A stretch of 62,651 nt of DNA, filler included. It is 4 parts of 4 records of this genome, joined end to end, with 100 filler letters (N's around TTAATTAATTAA, not from the genome) between each part and the next. Parts side by side here need not be neighbours in the genome. Positions count along the whole stretch, not along the records: positions 56,874 to 62,651 come from SRR31156797_780; 3 more parts are not named here. One strand, 5' to 3'. Positions 61,083-62,651 of this stretch are shown here, piece after piece; position 1 is the stretch's first letter, and the number at the start of each line of letters is the position of its first letter. The notes under the pieces are model-generated. The model was not told the origin of the DNA, did not search any database, and was given only the letters and a program-made list of their open reading frames with translations. A program made the position numbers and the translations under genes.

Positions 61083-62585
61083 ATGCCAAGACAAGCCATA
61101 AAACGAGGCAGACGACCAGAGCTCATGTGGGGGCTCGGACTTGACGAGATGCTGAAACAGCAGATCGAAGACGGCGTCGGCCCCGGCTTTCACATTCGGA
61201 ATTTCCCGACCGATTCTCTGCCGTTGGGCAAAGATCTTTCTCAAGATGAAAAGCCTTCTGCGGCTTGGATTCCCTGGTCAGTTTGGAGTGATTTTCCCGA
61301 ATACCGCAAAGAGGAATACCGTGATCAGGATTCCACACAGCGCATTCTGATCCAGAGTAGCGAAGACAAACCGCTTGAGATGGATCAAGTTCTGGCTGAA
61401 GGATTTCTCACCGTAGTACGCACTCCCCTCACCCGGCCCAAGATTCAGGATGTCATGTTCCGCGCCAAGGAAGTGACGTCCATGTATTCTGATATTTACC
61501 GGATGACGGAAGAAATTCTTCTTGAACGAGAATTGCTGGCCCGCAAAACAGACCAACTCATGTTTCTGAACAAGGTGCTCGCTTCGGCAACCGAAAGTCT
61601 GGATGCCTCCACCATCCTCGCCAACGCCAAGGACACCCTCAGTCTGGTTTTGCCCATCAAGATGCTGCATGCCGCCTTCTGGAATCATCAACAGGAATCA
61701 GAAGTGGCCGACGTTGAAATTTTCCTCAACGGCAAAATGCCACCCGAGTCCGAATCCATCTGGGTGGAAAATATCATGGCCTCCGCCAATTTCATGGGCA
61801 GCGGGCCGGTTAACGGATTCAACATCCTGCACACCGATTCCGCCCGACGGCCCGAATATGCCCTGATGCCTGAAGACGGAAAGCTCGTCACCATGCCACT
61901 CACTGCCGGTCATGAAACCTTCGGCTGTCTCGCCCTGCTTTGTGAACCGGGGTATCGGCTTGGCAAGGATCAGGTGGAAACATTCCGCTCTGCCGTCAAC
62001 CATATCGGCCTGGCCCTGCGCAATGCCTTGACCTTCAAGGAAGTCAAACGCCGCGCAGATCACGATGGACTGACACGCGTCTTCAATCGTCATTCCTTTG
62101 AAGAACGGCTTGTCTATGAAATCAAACGCCGCCGTCGTTACAACCACGATCTTTCCCTGCTCATGGTCGATCTCGATCACTTCAAGCAGGTTAACGACAC
62201 ATACGGCCACAAGGCCGGAGACATGGTGCTCCAGAAAATCGGAGAAATCCTGACCACAACATTCCGCACCACTGACCTCGCGGCCCGATACGGCGGCGAA
62301 GAATTTGTGGTGCTCCTGCCGCATACAACTGAAGAAGCAGCCTGGAAGCTTGCAGAACGGGTTCGTTCAGTTATCGCGGACTGCAATTTCCACTTCGACA
62401 ATCAGGACTTCACTGTCACCGCGTCCATTGGCGTGGCGTCTGTCGAAGGCGGTGCGTTGACCACGGATGACGATCTTATCATCAAAGCGGACAAGGCGCT
62501 CTATCAGGCCAAAAACAATGGCCGAAACATGGTTGTCGTCTCAGGGCAGAAGCCCATCAACCGCAACCGGTCAGCAATGCAGTAG
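61083..62585 (+). CDS. Diguanylate cyclase (degenerate receiver-like N-terminus, GAF-like, GGDEF)
   Basis: DHDGLTRVFNR, DLDHFKQVNDTYGHKAGD, RTTD I-site, RYGGEEF, ADKALYQAKNNGRN. Confidence 0.92.
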   Translation: MPRQAIKRGRRPELMWGLGLDEMLKQQIEDGVGPGFHIRNFPTDSLPLGKDLSQDEKPSAAWIPWSVWSDFPEYRKEEYRDQDSTQRILIQSSEDKPLEMDQVLAEGFLTVVRTPLTRPKIQDVMFRAKEVTSMYSDIYRMTEEILLERELLARKTDQLMFLNKVLASATESLDASTILANAKDTLSLVLPIKMLHAAFWNHQQESEVADVEIFLNGKMPPESESIWVENIMASANFMGSGPVNGFNILHTDSARRPEYALMPEDGKLVTMPLTAGHETFGCLALLCEPGYRLGKDQVETFRSAVNHIGLALRNALTFKEVKRRADHDGLTRVFNRHSFEERLVYEIKRRRRYNHDLSLLMVDLDHFKQVNDTYGHKAGDMVLQKIGEILTTTFRTTDLAARYGGEEFVVLLPHTTEEAAWKLAERVRSVIADCNFHFDNQDFTVTASIGVASVEGGALTTDDDLIIKADKALYQAKNNGRNMVVVSGQKPINRNRSAMQ

Positions 62586-62599
62586 TAACACGCACTCCC

Positions 62600-62640
62600 A
62601 AAAGCCCCTGCCCGATACAAATCGGGCAGGGGCTTTTTTT
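62600..62640. terminator. Rho-independent (bidirectional-type) terminator
   Basis: AAAAGCCCCTGCCCGAT-ACAA-ATCGGGCAGGGGCTTTTTTT. Confidence 0.88.
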
Positions 62641-62651
62641 GTCTCCGACGG

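Noticed and set aside
1-62651. CRISPR array, prophage, IS transposase or rRNA
   Set aside because: No regularly spaced direct repeats, phage structural genes, transposase/integrase motifs or rRNA signatures seen.

Overview
The window is not one contiguous genome. It is four contigs joined by identical artificial 100-bp linkers (44 N + TTAATTAATTAA + 44 N) at 31888-31987, 49420-49519 and 56774-56873. Segment 1 (1-31887) looks like a Desulfovibrionaceae (Pseudodesulfovibrio-like) core region: tRNA 3' end, hemerythrin, UbiD, cheV-Hpt, large NAD-GDH, an SmtB/SO_0444 metal module, a NitT/TauT ABC transporter, phoH-ybeY plus a membrane sensor-Schlafen/AlbA_2 fusion, argFGH, ftsH-folP-cdaA-cdaR-glmM-galU, priA, skp and an SH3b protein. 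Segment 2 (31988-49419) is strongly AT-rich and Bacteroidota-like (possibly Marinifilaceae): rocD, hybrid kinase, BatA-type protein, TonB receptor, peptidases, ArsC-like pseudoenzyme, ECF sigma/anti-sigma/DUF4097 trio, FkbH-like gene and a partial tRNA. Segment 3 (49520-56773) appears to be another Desulfobacterota (alaC-hom-apgM-thioesterase, recG, truncated purM). Segment 4 (56874-62651) again looks Desulfovibrionaceae-like (partial tRNA-Phe, aldehyde:ferredoxin oxidoreductase, GT4, sigma54-driven diguanylate cyclase). I saw no CRISPR array, integrase, transposase or prophage. The strongest candidate for a novel system is the one-component receptor at 14434-16008: a periplasmic double-Cache-like sensor wired across the membrane to a Schlafen/AlbA_2 domain with an intact ExxxxExK motif, directly behind phoH-ybeY. 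All taxonomic and family calls come from motif recognition by eye, not from database searches.
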